Assembly: GCA_028023455.1 (NCBI GenBank) | Contig: JAQFVV010000002.1 | Location: forward strand, 16,678,001-16,742,000 | DNA from: Epiperipatus broadwayi | Taxonomy: Eukaryota; Animalia; Onychophora | Length of the DNA: 64,000 bases | Reading direction: 5' to 3' | Shown here: positions 1-11,885 of the stretch, piece after piece | How the letters are laid out: the number at the start of each line of letters is the position of its first letter | How positions within the stretch are numbered: position 1 is the first letter of the stretch | Notes under the pieces: generated by a model | What the model saw: only the letters and a program-made list of their open reading frames with translations | Database searches by the model: none | Told to the model about the DNA's origin: nothing | Made by a program: the position numbers and the translations under genes

Positions 1-897
1 TCAATAATAAATTATTACATTTTGAATGACAAGTGTCAAATTTACTCCATGCACAGTTTTGTCACCATCCATGTGTATGTGTTTAAATTTAAATAAAAGT
101 CAGATATATTAATATTTAACTGAGATTTAAAGTTTATATCTGGGGTAGAGACAATCTCTACTTGAATAAATGATTAGTGATAATCATTGACTGTATTTAC
201 CAGAGAGGGGGATGGCAAAGTTATGAGTGGAGTAAATTTGACATTTGTCATCTAAAATGTAAGTTTATTTTAGATGATTCTCTAGAAATATGGCTTATGA
301 ATTATAATAGTAACATTTTCAGATTTGGGTTGTTCTGAAAATGGATTTATATTATCAATATATTGATAAAGCCATAATTTGTTTATGGACTTGTTAAAGT
401 GGTTAGAATTTTAATATGCAGTATATAAAAAAATGTTTATGAATTATATTTCATCCTCAAAATCCTGAAATGCTGACAAAGCAACTTAATAGAATTTTGT
501 TAAGTCTTTACATGGAAAATAAATGTCCAGAAAAAAGTATGTGTAAAAATCATTTTTATTGGTTAAATTTAAAGCCAGCACAAAGAAAATGCTTGATTTG
601 AGATCTTCTGCAAACAAATTTATAGAATGTTGTGTCTATGATTCTTCTATAACATGTAATAAAAATATGTAACCAAATAATATACTTTTATGGTTTCATT
701 TTATTATTTTTGGATAACTTTGTTTTCAAACTGTTTACATATAGTTAGTGTAATTTGTTTTTGTAAATATTTAAATCAATATATTGAGACATAAAACATA
801 TTATATGATCCTTATATAAATACATAACTATTTAAAATATATGCAGGAGTGGACAATACTACAGAAATATCTGTGATATATTTATTATATTACGATA

Positions 898-1050
898 TAA
901 TACATGACTGTTAATAAAAACAACCATGAGAAAAGGTAGTTTTTTTTTTAAAAAAAAAATCAGCTTTATTGCTGCCAGTAATATATAAGCTGAATATTTT
1001 TTTAAAAAACTACCTTTTCCGTGGATGTCTTTATTAACAGTCATGTATTA
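898..1050. repeat. Local foldback (arms 898-968 / 986-1050)
   Basis: taatacatgactgttaataaa...aaaaggtagtttttt...cagct is reverse-complemented at 986-1050. Confidence 0.85.
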
Positions 1051-1829
1051 CATTATCTCAGAAAAGAAGGAAATTATTTATAGTTGAATTAAATTAAGAT
1101 ATATAATCATCATTTATATTAATGATTGCTAAAGGAATCAACAGTACATTATTTCTCATGGTGAAAAGTCTTAAGAAATATTAAAAAATATTAACTTGCC
1201 ATTCATCATTAAAAAATATTTTATTGAGTTCTCTATAAAATTTAAATTGCAAGAAAGAGGCAACCTTGATATATGTCTAACTTTATTATTCTTGCAATTC
1301 TCAAACTAATATTGAGTTTTGTTATATTTATAAATAGGAGTTTTATCTTGTAGGAAAAGAACAATGTTGGCTGAAAACAAGATTTATATTATGGAATAAT
1401 ACGATTTTTAGAATGCAGTTATGATAGCCATATATAAATAAATGATTGGATCCCAGACAATGACGTAATTATAAAATTTATAATTATGTTTGGAAGTTGT
1501 TTTTTTTTAGATTTATTTTAAAAATTTCCAGATATAAGCCCATCTAGTAGTTAAATCTTACGTGATGATTTTCCCACTTATATGGCATACTTCCAATAAC
1601 CGGTTGTCCAAATAATTGAGAAATTGAAAACCACCATTTTCTTATCATAGTGTAGACTCCAGAAGCCAAGTATTTTAAATAATAATTGGACCACAAATAT
1701 TCTGTTTTTGATACTTATATGATAAATTGTTTTAGAAGCTGCTAGAGATTTAATTGTACTTTGACCATTGCAGTGAGTCCATTGACTTGTAGTTATAAAC
1801 ATTTTAGTCTGTGTGTTTCAGTTATTACG

Positions 1830-2250
1830 TAGTAGAGATGTCTACCTACCCCTTGTATATGTATTAAATGGATTATGTCCTGTACATGAGGGGTCAGATT
1901 GACCTTAGTCAACAACATGGGTGTGAGAAGAATCTCGGCCTCAGGGTGACCTTTGAGCATCCCATCATCAGATTTTCAATTGGATGGATGGTTGAAGAGT
2001 TGGAGTGTGGAGTAGTTTGAAGCCTGTCCATTAAATTATGAGGTTTGGCTATCTTAATATATATCTGAGCACTTATAGCATATATGTGTAGAGATGGTAA
2101 TCTGGACCAATTGATGATTGCTGGTTTATCATGAAATACATATATTAGTGATTATTTATCTTTTCGACATATATGTGTTCAAGTGTATCAGTGTTATGAG
2201 ATAGTGTGGAGAGTGGTGGGTCATGTGAAAGTCTGTGCTCATATACCCTA
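1830..2250 (+). mobile_element. ~400-bp non-coding repeat family F1 (HHR-bearing), copy a
   Basis: Homologous to 5116-5296(-), 5298-5550(+), 5615-6010(+) and 33978-34390(-). Shared blocks include ccatcatcagattttcaat, cttgtccattaaat and the HHR relic at 2106-2149. Confidence 0.85.
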
Positions 2251-2899
2251 TATATAAACATTTTAGCTACAATTCTCCATATTGTTAATGATTCTAAATT
2301 TTTAAGTACTGAACTTTTATTAAATGATCACTAATAATATCGTTTATTTTAAACTTCTAATGATTTTTTTGAAACTGAAAACAATTTTCTATTTACTACT
2401 TCTTATCATCTTCTTAGAATAACATTTGTAAATGGAAAAAAAAGTTGATGTGTATGTTCTGTACTACATGAGTTCAAAAATATAAAGAGAATATGACAAA
2501 TGTTTCTAGTGTTCAATCTTGTGTTTAAGTGAAAAAATTAATTTTAAATGGAGTTTATTTTTAGATTAGATATTTAACATTTTTGATGGATTATATAATT
2601 AAAATTTTTGTTTAATAAAATTTTCTATTGATATAAATTAATTCTTTGTATTATTTATTTTTATGTTGATTATATTATATATATTTTTATTAAATTCTCA
2701 GGAGATAACAACAAAGAATGATGTGCTTGTTTTTGCTGAAAATAAGTGGAACGAAATGGTGGAGGTTACTAATCTAATTTATATTTTGCTTTGCATGTAT
2801 ATGAAATACTTTAAGTTTAATTTTCATATTTAGTAATTTGGATAAAAAATGTTAACTTAAAACCCTTGCTAGTTGTATTTGCATTTATATATTAGACTA

Positions 2900-3017
2900 T
2901 TTCCATCATCTAATACAAGTACAGTATTGAAGCAGTGTTCAATTGAATATATTTGAAATATTTAAATAAAGTTAAATTTTTCTAAAAACATTCAATACTT
3001 ATATTAGATGATGGGAA
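2900..3017. repeat. Small foldback with ~30-bp arms
   Basis: ttccatcatctaatacaagtacagtattgaa versus ttcaatacttatattagatgatgggaa. Confidence 0.75.
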
Positions 3018-4799
3018 TAACCCAATATATAACTAAAGTACCATCATCACAAACCTTCAGGGAAACATTACTAGTTGTATGTTTTGAATATTATATAAAT
3101 AAATATTTAAGACTATACAAATTACGGGGGTAATATTTATCCACTTATTACATTATTATAATTGTAGAATTTGAATAAGATTGTATGCATCTATCTATGG
3201 AAATTAAATCTGAATTGTAATAATAATAGTAATTATTATTGATAATATATATAAAAAAAATTATCCAGATTATTTAAAATATTGTAAAAGTAGAATACCA
3301 TTAATCCAAATGCCTATTATTCAGTAAACTTTTATTATCCAAACATAATTTCATAGTTGATCTTTAACCTTTTATAATAAATAAATTAGTGCGCATGCAT
3401 ATTTACAAACTCATATATACATATATACAAAAAAAAATGAATATCTATAAATTAATAAGCGTAATTAGCAAATTTTCTGCTTTTTTATTTTATTTTATGA
3501 GAGTTTGAGTTTACAATATTAGGGTGAAAGATCTATTTTTGAAAACTGAAAAATTCACAAATTCAAAAAAAAAATTAAGAACTTTATATTAATGGTGTTT
3601 TACCTGTAATAATTTACTTAAATATACTATTAGGTTTTATTATTGTTGATATATTCTATATTTTTTTAATATTAAGAATCTAAAAGGAGAACCAATGGTT
3701 CTTTTAGTAATGGAAATCTGTACATTCTTGTAGATGTAATTAATTATCTCCATAGTTCACTAATCTCAGTTTATAATACATATGTAAAACTGACTTTAAA
3801 TTTGGTTTTATCTTTATTTTAGTAACCGTTTAATTTAATTGATATTTTTTAAAAATACATTTTCCAACTAACATCAATTTTAATTATTAATAACAATAGT
3901 AAAAAGATTGCATAATTAAGTTTACATTTTCCGTTATTAGCTATTATATTTTCTGTACTTTTTAATCTAAATTTAATAAATAAATTAGTTTGGCATAGTG
4001 AAGTATTTTTAAGTATATTTTTCTAAATGAATATTTTAACTTGATATTAGTATTTTATAATGTATTTCACTGAAGTTTATTATATAGCTCTAACTATATT
4101 TTACATTAAATGGACGTTAAACAGACATAAACTGTCAGCGCTAATGAGCACTTGTTTAATTACAGAATACTTTTGTCTTGTTTAATGAATGCAGCGTTAA
4201 TAAAATTTAATAAACGCAAATGATTTATTTAAAAGATCTTCACTTATTTAAAACGATTGATTATTAATTTATTTAAAAAATATGAAGTTTTTTTGCTTCA
4301 TAACACTATATATAACAGGATAATTTTTTTTTTAATTGTTTTTTTTTTCCAGTTACGTTAAGCTAAATGATTAAACGCTTAACAGTTAAGCTACCGGGAA
4401 TTCAAATAATCCTTCAAACATACCGACCACAATTTTCCGCATGGGTGGTAATCAAAGCTTTTCTAATTTACCCATTAGTTAAAAAGCCAACAGTATCACA
4501 CGTGCGAAGAGGTCATCTATGTAGGTACAATAGTGTAATGCAAAGTAAAAAATAAACAATTGGAAAGCTTTAAAAATACCTGAAAATAAGTTATATATTG
4601 GTTAAATTAAATTAAAAAATATTTTATACAGTATATGTTTACTTATATTAAAACTGCAAAACTTTCTATTCGTAATGCCACTCAGTGTTAACTGGCAATA
4701 CGTATAGAGAGTTTTGCCTGTTTTAATAACGGTTATAAACAAAGCATAAGAAATGTTGGTCACGTGATATTTACTTATAATTATTTCCATTAATTAAAT

Positions 4800-5085
4800 A
4801 AATAAATATAGCATTTTAGGAGCAATTATTTTCTAGAAGTTTCATAAGCCTTTACCTGACAATGGATTTATTTCTATTTAAAACTCTCTTTGAAAGATCC
4901 CATTTGTATGCTCATCTAGTACACACCATTTACCATATTATTTGCTTTAATGCAACTATTAATTTCTTATTGCAATCAGGTTAATTCTCAGTTATTTACT
5001 ACTTTATTTATAATTATTTTTACAAGGCAGCAAGTATATACATTGTTAAACTGTATGTTTTCTTTGCTCTTTACATATCTAAATA
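4800..5085. repeat. Dispersed repeat, diverged copy of 10235-10500 (probable retroelement fragment)
   Basis: Collinear blocks ctgacaatg, tctttgaaag, taatgca, caatcaggttaat, gttatttact and aaggcagcaa are shared with 10235-10500. Confidence 0.6.
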
Positions 5086-5115
5086 TTTAAATACAAGTAT
5101 AGTATATATACTTTT

Positions 5116-5550
5116 GAGGGGATTTGAACTCAGACTTTCAAGCTCACTTTACTTATCCACTTTATCTTATACAACCGATACACACGACCGCATACATACA
5201 TGTGGAAAGGATAAATAATCTCCAATATATTTATTTTGTACTAAACCAGCACTTATCAGTTGCTTCAGATTATCATCTCCCATATATATATATCAATGAA
5301 ATGGATGGTTGAAGAGTTGGAGAAGATTGAAGTCTTTGAAGATTTGCTGTCTTAGTATAAACCAAGCACTGATTATATATATATATGTGGGAGATGATGA
5401 CCTGGACCAACTGCTGAGTGCTGGTTCAGCACAAAATATTTATATGGAAGACAATTCATCTTTTTTGCATGTATATGGTTATATGTATCATTGTATAAGA
5501 TGGAGTGGATGACAAAAGGAAGCTTAAAAGTTTGAGTCCAAATATCCTCT
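5116..5550. mobile_element. Head-to-head pair of F1 copies forming a foldback (arms ~5116-5296 / ~5369-5550)
   Basis: gaggggatttgaactcagactttcaagct at 5116 is the reverse complement of agcttaaaagtttgagtccaaatatcctc at about 5521-5549. There is an HHR relic in each arm (5222-5264 -, 5406-5449 +). Confidence 0.85.
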
Positions 5551-5614
5551 AATTACATCTAGCTATATATATATACATACATACACTATACTTGTATTAT
5601 TACATATTCAGCCT

Positions 5615-6010
5615 ATATTCTGCCCATCCTTCTGTGTATTTAAATGGGCTTAAGATCCATCATATGACAGGCCAGAATGACTTATGATATAGGCATGACA
5701 ATGAAATTGGAAAACAAGGGCTTTGAACATGCCATCATCAGATTTTCAATGATATGAATGGCTGAGAGTTAAAGAATGGAGAAGTTTGAAACTTGTCCAT
5801 TAAATTTTGAAGATTTGCTATCTTAATATAAACTGAGCACTGATTATATATGTACATGAGAGATAATGATCCACATCAGCTGATGAGTGCTGGTTCAGCC
5901 TGAAATATGTTTATTGGAGTTTTTATCTTTTTTGCATGTATGTGGTCATGTATATCAGTTCTATAAGATGGGTGGATAACTAAAGGGAGCTTGAAAATCT
6001 GTTCATATAA
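5615..6010 (+). mobile_element. F1 copy d, tandem to copy c
   Basis: Same blocks as the other F1 copies. The HHR motif at 5875-5918 retains CTGATGA, GAAA and TA. Confidence 0.85.
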
Positions 6011-6199
6011 TTGTATGTAAATGAAGTATTTACATACACATTTTATTTAATTTAATTCATAATCTTAATGAGCACAAATAATCCGTATGTATTTACAAAA
6101 TAATCTTTATTTGAAATATACATCTTATATGCACAGTCATTCCAACCCCTCACCCCACCCCACTCTATAAATATTACCCTCAATGATGTATATATAATC

Positions 6200-9100
6200 C
6201 TTAAGTTTAGCAGATAGTCTATGTACACCTGAAGTTTTTAGAAAAGATCTTTCTTTTTCCTCCATTGAAGTAGTTATTTTTCATTACTTATAAGCTTATC
6301 CTTTTCATCGTTTATCTGTTCTTGGTCAATGTCACTTCTCCAATTTTCTGATGAAGTAATTTCCCCTACTTCTTCCATTGACACATTATTATTATAAATG
6401 TCCATTAAAAAAAACCGATGGTGATTTATATGTCTTCTCATTTCCTTCCATTTTCTAATTTTACCAATTCTTATTGTTTTGTTAAAGTCCTTAGTATTAT
6501 GTCTGGCATCCATTTCCTTTTGAGAAGATCACAAATCCATAAGCTTTCTTCAATTTTGAATTCAAAACTATTACCTTTTTCCATAGTGGTTTGCAAAAAC
6601 ATAGTGAGATGAGATGAGTATGAAATGAACAACACAATAACTTTGCTGGAATTTTTTTAAGTGCTGTTCTGTGAATAAGATGTTGATTAAACACAGCATC
6701 AACTAATGCTTCTGAAACATCCTTAAACTCAGGTTTTCAACATGTATTTTAAATGTTGAACATTTTTTTTCACTATTTCATTACTCTCAGGATGATAGGG
6801 TGGAGTAAAAATACACTTTATCCTGTAAGTAGTCTTAGAATTTTTGTGACGCTGGTTCCATTATCTGTTACTATCATCTCTGGATAACTGTGTTGAAAAA
6901 ATTTCCTTCAGCACTTTTATGATAAATATATCACACTTGTGTTTTTCACTATTCTAATATGCCATCCAATGAGAGAATGAAATCAACCAATATTACTAAA
7001 TCATGTTTTTATAGGTCCTATCTGATCTAAGTGGAGACATTTTCAAGGAATCATGGATTTAATCAATGTTTCAAGTTATTTAGGTAGCAATTTGGCAGTT
7101 TGTTGACAACCTGTACATTTTTTTTACCATCTGTTTATGTCACCACTTAGATTTAGTCACCTAACATAAGTCAAAGCCTTCATACACACAATTTCAGGAT
7201 GATGAAGGACACCTAATATGTGTTTAACTGCCTTTTGGTGGTATGCATACCTAAGCTGTCATTTGCACACATCCATTGCAAATTGAAAAACTATTTCATA
7301 CATTCCAGATAGGTTTTACAACTCCCATAGGATATTTTATCCATTCATATTTTTATCTACTTCATTGATTGGATATATTCCTTGTCCTGGCTCATCCAAT
7401 CAATAAGTGCCATGAAATTCAATATATCTATATAAATGATTTTGCTAATGCCACATTACTTTTCTTTAATTTCAGGTAACCTTAATAAAGCATTAACATG
7501 TCCAATGACTTATAAACTAGTTTGCTTGACAAAATATTGATCTAAAATAACATGCATTGGCTTACATGTTCAGGAATTTTTTTTCCTGATGCCAAATATT
7601 TCTGGTAGCAGAGATGGTGTGTGCAGATTTAAAATTTTTATCCATAGACATATTGATAAAATTTCCTAAAAGCAAAAAAAAAAAAATTGCTAATGTTTCT
7701 TTGTCAATCTATCTTTAATTTTTTTTTCAGCTGTTGACAATACTCTTGAGACTTAGGCTATTGGATGTTTATTTTCATAATGTAAATGGGAAATGACCAT
7801 TTCAACACCATATTCTGATGTATCTGTCAAAATTATAACATCTAGATCACTATGATGATGTATCAACAATTTATCTGGTGTTAAAAGATCTTTGGCTTTT
7901 TAGAAAGTTAAATCCTGTCCACTGGTCCATATCTGACATTGTTTTTTAGAAGTTGATACAGTGATGATAACAAATGTGGCTTTCTTTTTAAAAAACATTC
8001 ATACAAGTTTAATAGTCCCAGACAAGCCTATAATTTTTTTACATTTCTTGGTCTCTCAGCATTTTTAATGGCTTTACTTTATATGGATTAGGATATCTTC
8101 CATTTATATTTATGATATATCCAATAAACTTTATTTCCATAGTAGACTATTTTTTCAAGCCTTGAACAGGTTGTTCACATGCTTTTCTAACTCCATCTCT
8201 AACTTAACAATGACCAAAATATCCAGGAAATAATGCTGTCCATGGATTGAAAAGAATTGTCCATTTTTACCTGGAAAATATTTGCCACTACTGCAATATC
8301 ATATGGCAGTTTATTGCATGTATACAGTTCTCTATGTGTAGTTTATATTAACATTTCTACTGTTTTTTTAATCACATAAATCTAGTGGAATGCAACTTTA
8401 AAGTCTATCTTTGCAAAATACGCTTTTTGTAATGATGGCAGTACTTTGTGTACACTCAGAACAGAATAAGAATCTTTATTGCCATCTTCATTTAACATGA
8501 CTCAATAATCTTCACACAATCTCAGATTTCTATTTGTTTTATAATACTAATGAATCTTCCATTGGTGTTAAAATTCCTTTTGGAAATTATTTACTAGAGC
8601 ATTTTCTCAACATTCTCTTTCAAGGCAAATGCAACTTTGTGGGGTTTACAAGTAATAGATTGTTCTTCCTTTATCGATTTTATGTTCATTATTTGGGTTT
8701 ATAGCTCAATCGATCTCAACTTGAACAATCCAGAGTATCTCTTCCACATAATTGAACTCTTTTTTATGTTGGCATGGATTCTTAAAGGTGAAAACCAGTT
8801 TCTTCTTCATAATAGACTAAAATATTTATTAACTACATATAGCATGAGAAATTCACTGTCAAATTTAATTTTACTAGTACTATTACTTTCCTGTGTATGT
8901 CAATTTTATTTCTGTTAACATCTGTAGCAATAATGTCTGTATTCATGAGTGTAGACTTTTTACTATACCTTTCCCTGATTTTTAACCATACTTTGTAAGA
9001 TATCAAAAATAGGTCTGCTCCACTGACCACCTCTATTATTACATTTTGGCCACAAATACCCATATCCAACAATATGTGGTACATTTTAGTTAGTATCATT

Positions 9101-9830
9101 ACATTTCTTTAAGTTGGCACTCTTACTATGTCTCCCTCCTCCAGGTTTGTAGGTAAATGTCTGCTTAATTTTTACATTGTGACTAATGCTAAATGTCCAT
9201 TTTTCATAAATTTGCAAATGTCCAGATACTGCAGCAATTACACATTTCTCCATATTTCTCTCTGCTGAGGTCTGGAGCATTATATATTTTGTTTTTATAA
9301 TGTAAGAGAGATTTTTTCTAGTTATTGTAGCAATATGAATTCTGAAGCATTATTCAGTGTGGTTTTTTGTGCAATGCATTTATCAATGGCTCATTTATAA
9401 TTTTGGTCAGGTTCACTCAACAATACTTTCCTAAAATTAGAGTCCATCATGCTATAAAAATTGTTCTAGCAAAATAACATTAATTTCAAGACCACACCTA
9501 CAATCATTTGCTATATTTCTTAATGCTAAATCATAGTCAACATATTTCTTATGAGGTAGTTGTTTTTTATTTGACAATCTCAGTCACACTACTCATTTTT
9601 ATATTCGCAGAGTTACTCCAATCTTTTATGGTCAGTTCATCTATTTTCCAACTGTATCACATCCTGCCCTCTGAAACGTAGAAATGTAGATACTTTCAGA
9701 TGTTCTTTGTCCATTGTTTATGAGAATGTAATATTCCACATGTTCAACATAATTCTTCCACAAACTAGCATTATTTATGTTGAATTCTTGAAATACTATT
9801 ATTTAGTAAGCCATTTTTCTATACTGATTC
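6200..9830 (-). mobile_element. Decayed Ty3/Gypsy LTR retrotransposon (Mag-like gag-pol)
   Basis: Minus-strand relics in Gypsy order: gag-like FQEFNINNASLWKNYVEH (~9.75 kb); CKPHKVAFALKENVEK and YFAKIDF; RT LYTCNKLPYDIAVVANIFQVKMD (~8.3 kb); RNase H KAKDLLTPDKLLIH...LTDTSEYGVEMVISH (~7.85 kb); integrase YPEMIVTDNGT and FTPPYHPESNEIV (~6.8 kb). Many stops and frameshifts. LTRs not identified. Confidence 0.85.
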
Positions 9831-10234
9831 TTTAATGATTATTGACTTGCATCATTCATTGCTTATACACAAATCCTTCATAATTTGTTGACTATAGCCA
9901 TTCTATTTATATACAAATCCTTCAAAAGTTGTCAACCACAGCCATTCTTCTGCTTCCTGAAGATATTTACTATCAAACAGTCAGCGATGATATAAATAAT
10001 AAACTTGCATACTAGTTAAATAAATATTAAATATTTAACGACAATAATAAAATAATAAGCGCACGCGTAGTAGTCCATTTTAATTAAATAAGTTTCTCTA
10101 TCTTATCCTTGAGTGTGTTTAACTTTTCATGCACAAAGAGTGGATTTAAATACACATTTTCTATTTTTATGGTCCCAGTTTTCTTTAAACACAAATATTC
10201 TTACTGTAATTAGATAAATAAATATTGAATTTTA

Positions 10235-10500
10235 GAAGTAATTATCTGCTAGCAATTTCACAAGTTTTTATCTGACAATGCACTTATTTATATATAAAAT
10301 AAGCCTCTTTGAAAGTTTCCTTTTGCATGCTTATCTAACACACACTGTTTAGACATTTTATTTGTCTTAATGCAGCTCTTAACTTATCACTACAATCAGG
10401 TTAATCTTTGGTTATTTACTACATTAGTGAGAACCATTTATTTAAGGCAGCAAATACATTTCTTGTTAGATTGCAGATTTTATTTTTACTGTTCATCTAT
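10235..10500. repeat. Dispersed repeat, diverged copy of 4800-5085
   Basis: See the 4800-5085 entry. Confidence 0.6.
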
Positions 10501-10580
10501 ATTGTATATAAAAGATTTATTTATATATAAATTTCTAAACATCATATGATCGCCATCTCTATACTAGCAGATAATTGTTG

Positions 10581-10732
10581 TAAACAAAGGCAAAACTCCC
10601 CATACAGTAGTCTGGGGATATTGGATGAGTAGGCACTAGATAGGGATTTTATGCATAAGCCTTCTGGCATCCATTGATTACTCTGTTTGGCACAGGGTGG
10701 CACTACTGTATGGAGAGTTTTGCCTTTGTTTA
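10581..10732 (+). mobile_element. Truncated F2 copy with 31-bp inverted ends (10581-10611 / 10702-10732)
   Basis: taaacaaaggcaaaactccccatacagtagt and its reverse complement (1 mismatch) bracket tagtctggggatattggatgagtaggcactaga..., which is nearly identical to 26828-26900. Confidence 0.85.
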
Positions 10733-10937
10733 TATATAAATTTTATTCAATTTGATTCGCAATCTTAGTGGGCACATAAGTAGATTTTCCTAGAGTAGTT
10801 AAATTAAAAAAATAATTAAATATTAAAATAATTTGTACATATTTAAAAAAATTATAAACAATCTTTACTTGTAATATATATTTTATATGCACAGACATTC
10901 CAAATATATATAAATATATATACTTTTTAATCTACAG

Positions 10938-11115
10938 CCTTTGAATTTCCCATTATCTTGTGGAAGTTCTGATGATAGGTGGGAATGTTCTCATAATGCC
11001 ATCAACTTTATTGGAGTGTTAGGTGAAGGATGTTTTGGAAAAGTATGGCAAGCTGAATTTAAAAGTGGTAATGAGTTTTCTGAATCTATTATAGTAGCAG
11101 TAAAAACATTAAAAG
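10938..11115 (+). CDS. Cad96Ca: RTK kinase exon 1 (subdomains I-II) of a Cad96Ca/Stitcher-family receptor tyrosine kinase
   Basis: ctacag acceptor, GTAGG donor. Translates PLNFPLSCGSSDDRWECSHNAINFIGVLGEGCFGKVWQAEF...IIVAVKTLK (GxGxxG loop, VAVK). Phase 0 start, phase 1 end. Confidence 0.9.
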
Positions 11116-11124
11116 GTAGGTATT

Positions 11125-11885
11125 ATATATAACATCTATATTTACTCTGTTATCTGATTGGTGAATGTATGAATGTTTGTCCTATGTCATGTGTCAAATT
11201 CACAAACACTACATTTATGCAAAGGAAATACTTCTGCCATTAAATAAAAAATGCTAGGGGAAAAATCAGTATGAGTGCTTTTAACTACAGAGATATCGTA
11301 TATATTTTGCAGTAAAGGTTCCCAGTCAACTGCAGAAACTACCACAAATGCCAATTTATTATTCGATGTTAAGGCACTCTACACTTTCATGGTCTGTCAA
11401 TCCCCTAATATAGTTCAAGTGAATGACATACTTAGCAATGTTTAATTTAAATTGTAATAAACTTTTATAAATTACCAATGTTTAGTAAAAAAAACATATT
11501 TACATTAAATCTTAAAAAAAATTGTTAAAGCGATCAATTAAAAAAATATTATATTTAATAAAAAAAAAATTAAATCGACTAGTGTTTTTATATTCTGACA
11601 TTAATAAATGGTAATTATTAATAACACTAAAAAATTTACAATTAGTCATGATCCTATCAGGAAAAAAAATTATTCAGCAGGCGCTCCAGTGTGTATATAT
11701 ATTGAAGCCGTAAAGCTAGCAAATATAACAGATATATTTTAAAATTTTAATTTTAATTTAGCTTTATTAAAATTTGGACATTTATTTATATAATATTAAA
11801 ATGTTTTGTTAAATTTACATTAAATCTTTAAAAAAATTGTTGAAACATGGGTCTTTATAAAAGCTGGGTATATCTGGTATTTAGT
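11125..11885 (+). mobile_element. Non-autonomous Helitron-like repeat
   Basis: The 5' block tatctgattggtgaatgtatgaatgtttgtcc...tgtcaaattcaca is shared with 31670-31790. The ttacattaaatcttaaaaaaaattgtt blocks are shared with 31.85-32.7 kb. It ends in gctgggtatatctggtatttagt, resembling arthropod Helitron 3' ends. The superfamily call is inference. Confidence 0.45.

Larger units (their letters stand above)
204..2764 (+). pseudogene. Candidate decayed upstream exons (204-258, 323-~391, 847-935, 1354-1464, 2702-2764), possibly ectodomain/TM/juxtamembrane exons of the RTK
   Basis: Each segment is AG/GT-bounded and richer in G+C than its flanks. 204-258 reads RGGWQSYEWSKFDICHLK with a GTAAGT donor. 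2702-2764 reads EITTKNDVLVFAENKWNEMVE, phase 0-0, compatible with the exon at 10938. The middle three segments need frameshifts and/or contain stops. Confidence 0.35.

Noticed and set aside
3677-3735. NLKGEPMVLLVMEIC as an extra kinase-like exon
   Set aside because: Weak acceptor, stop shortly after, and the corresponding kinase subdomain is already encoded at 17183.
9955-9995. CTGAAGA...AAA CAG TC as a hammerhead
   Set aside because: No helix II or helix I. It lies in the presumed Gypsy leader.
4800-10500. The direct repeats 4800-5085 / 10235-10500 as LTRs of the enclosed Gypsy element
   Set aside because: No TG..CA ends, PBS or PPT adjacency could be found. The copies are highly diverged and separated from the internal region by unrelated DNA.
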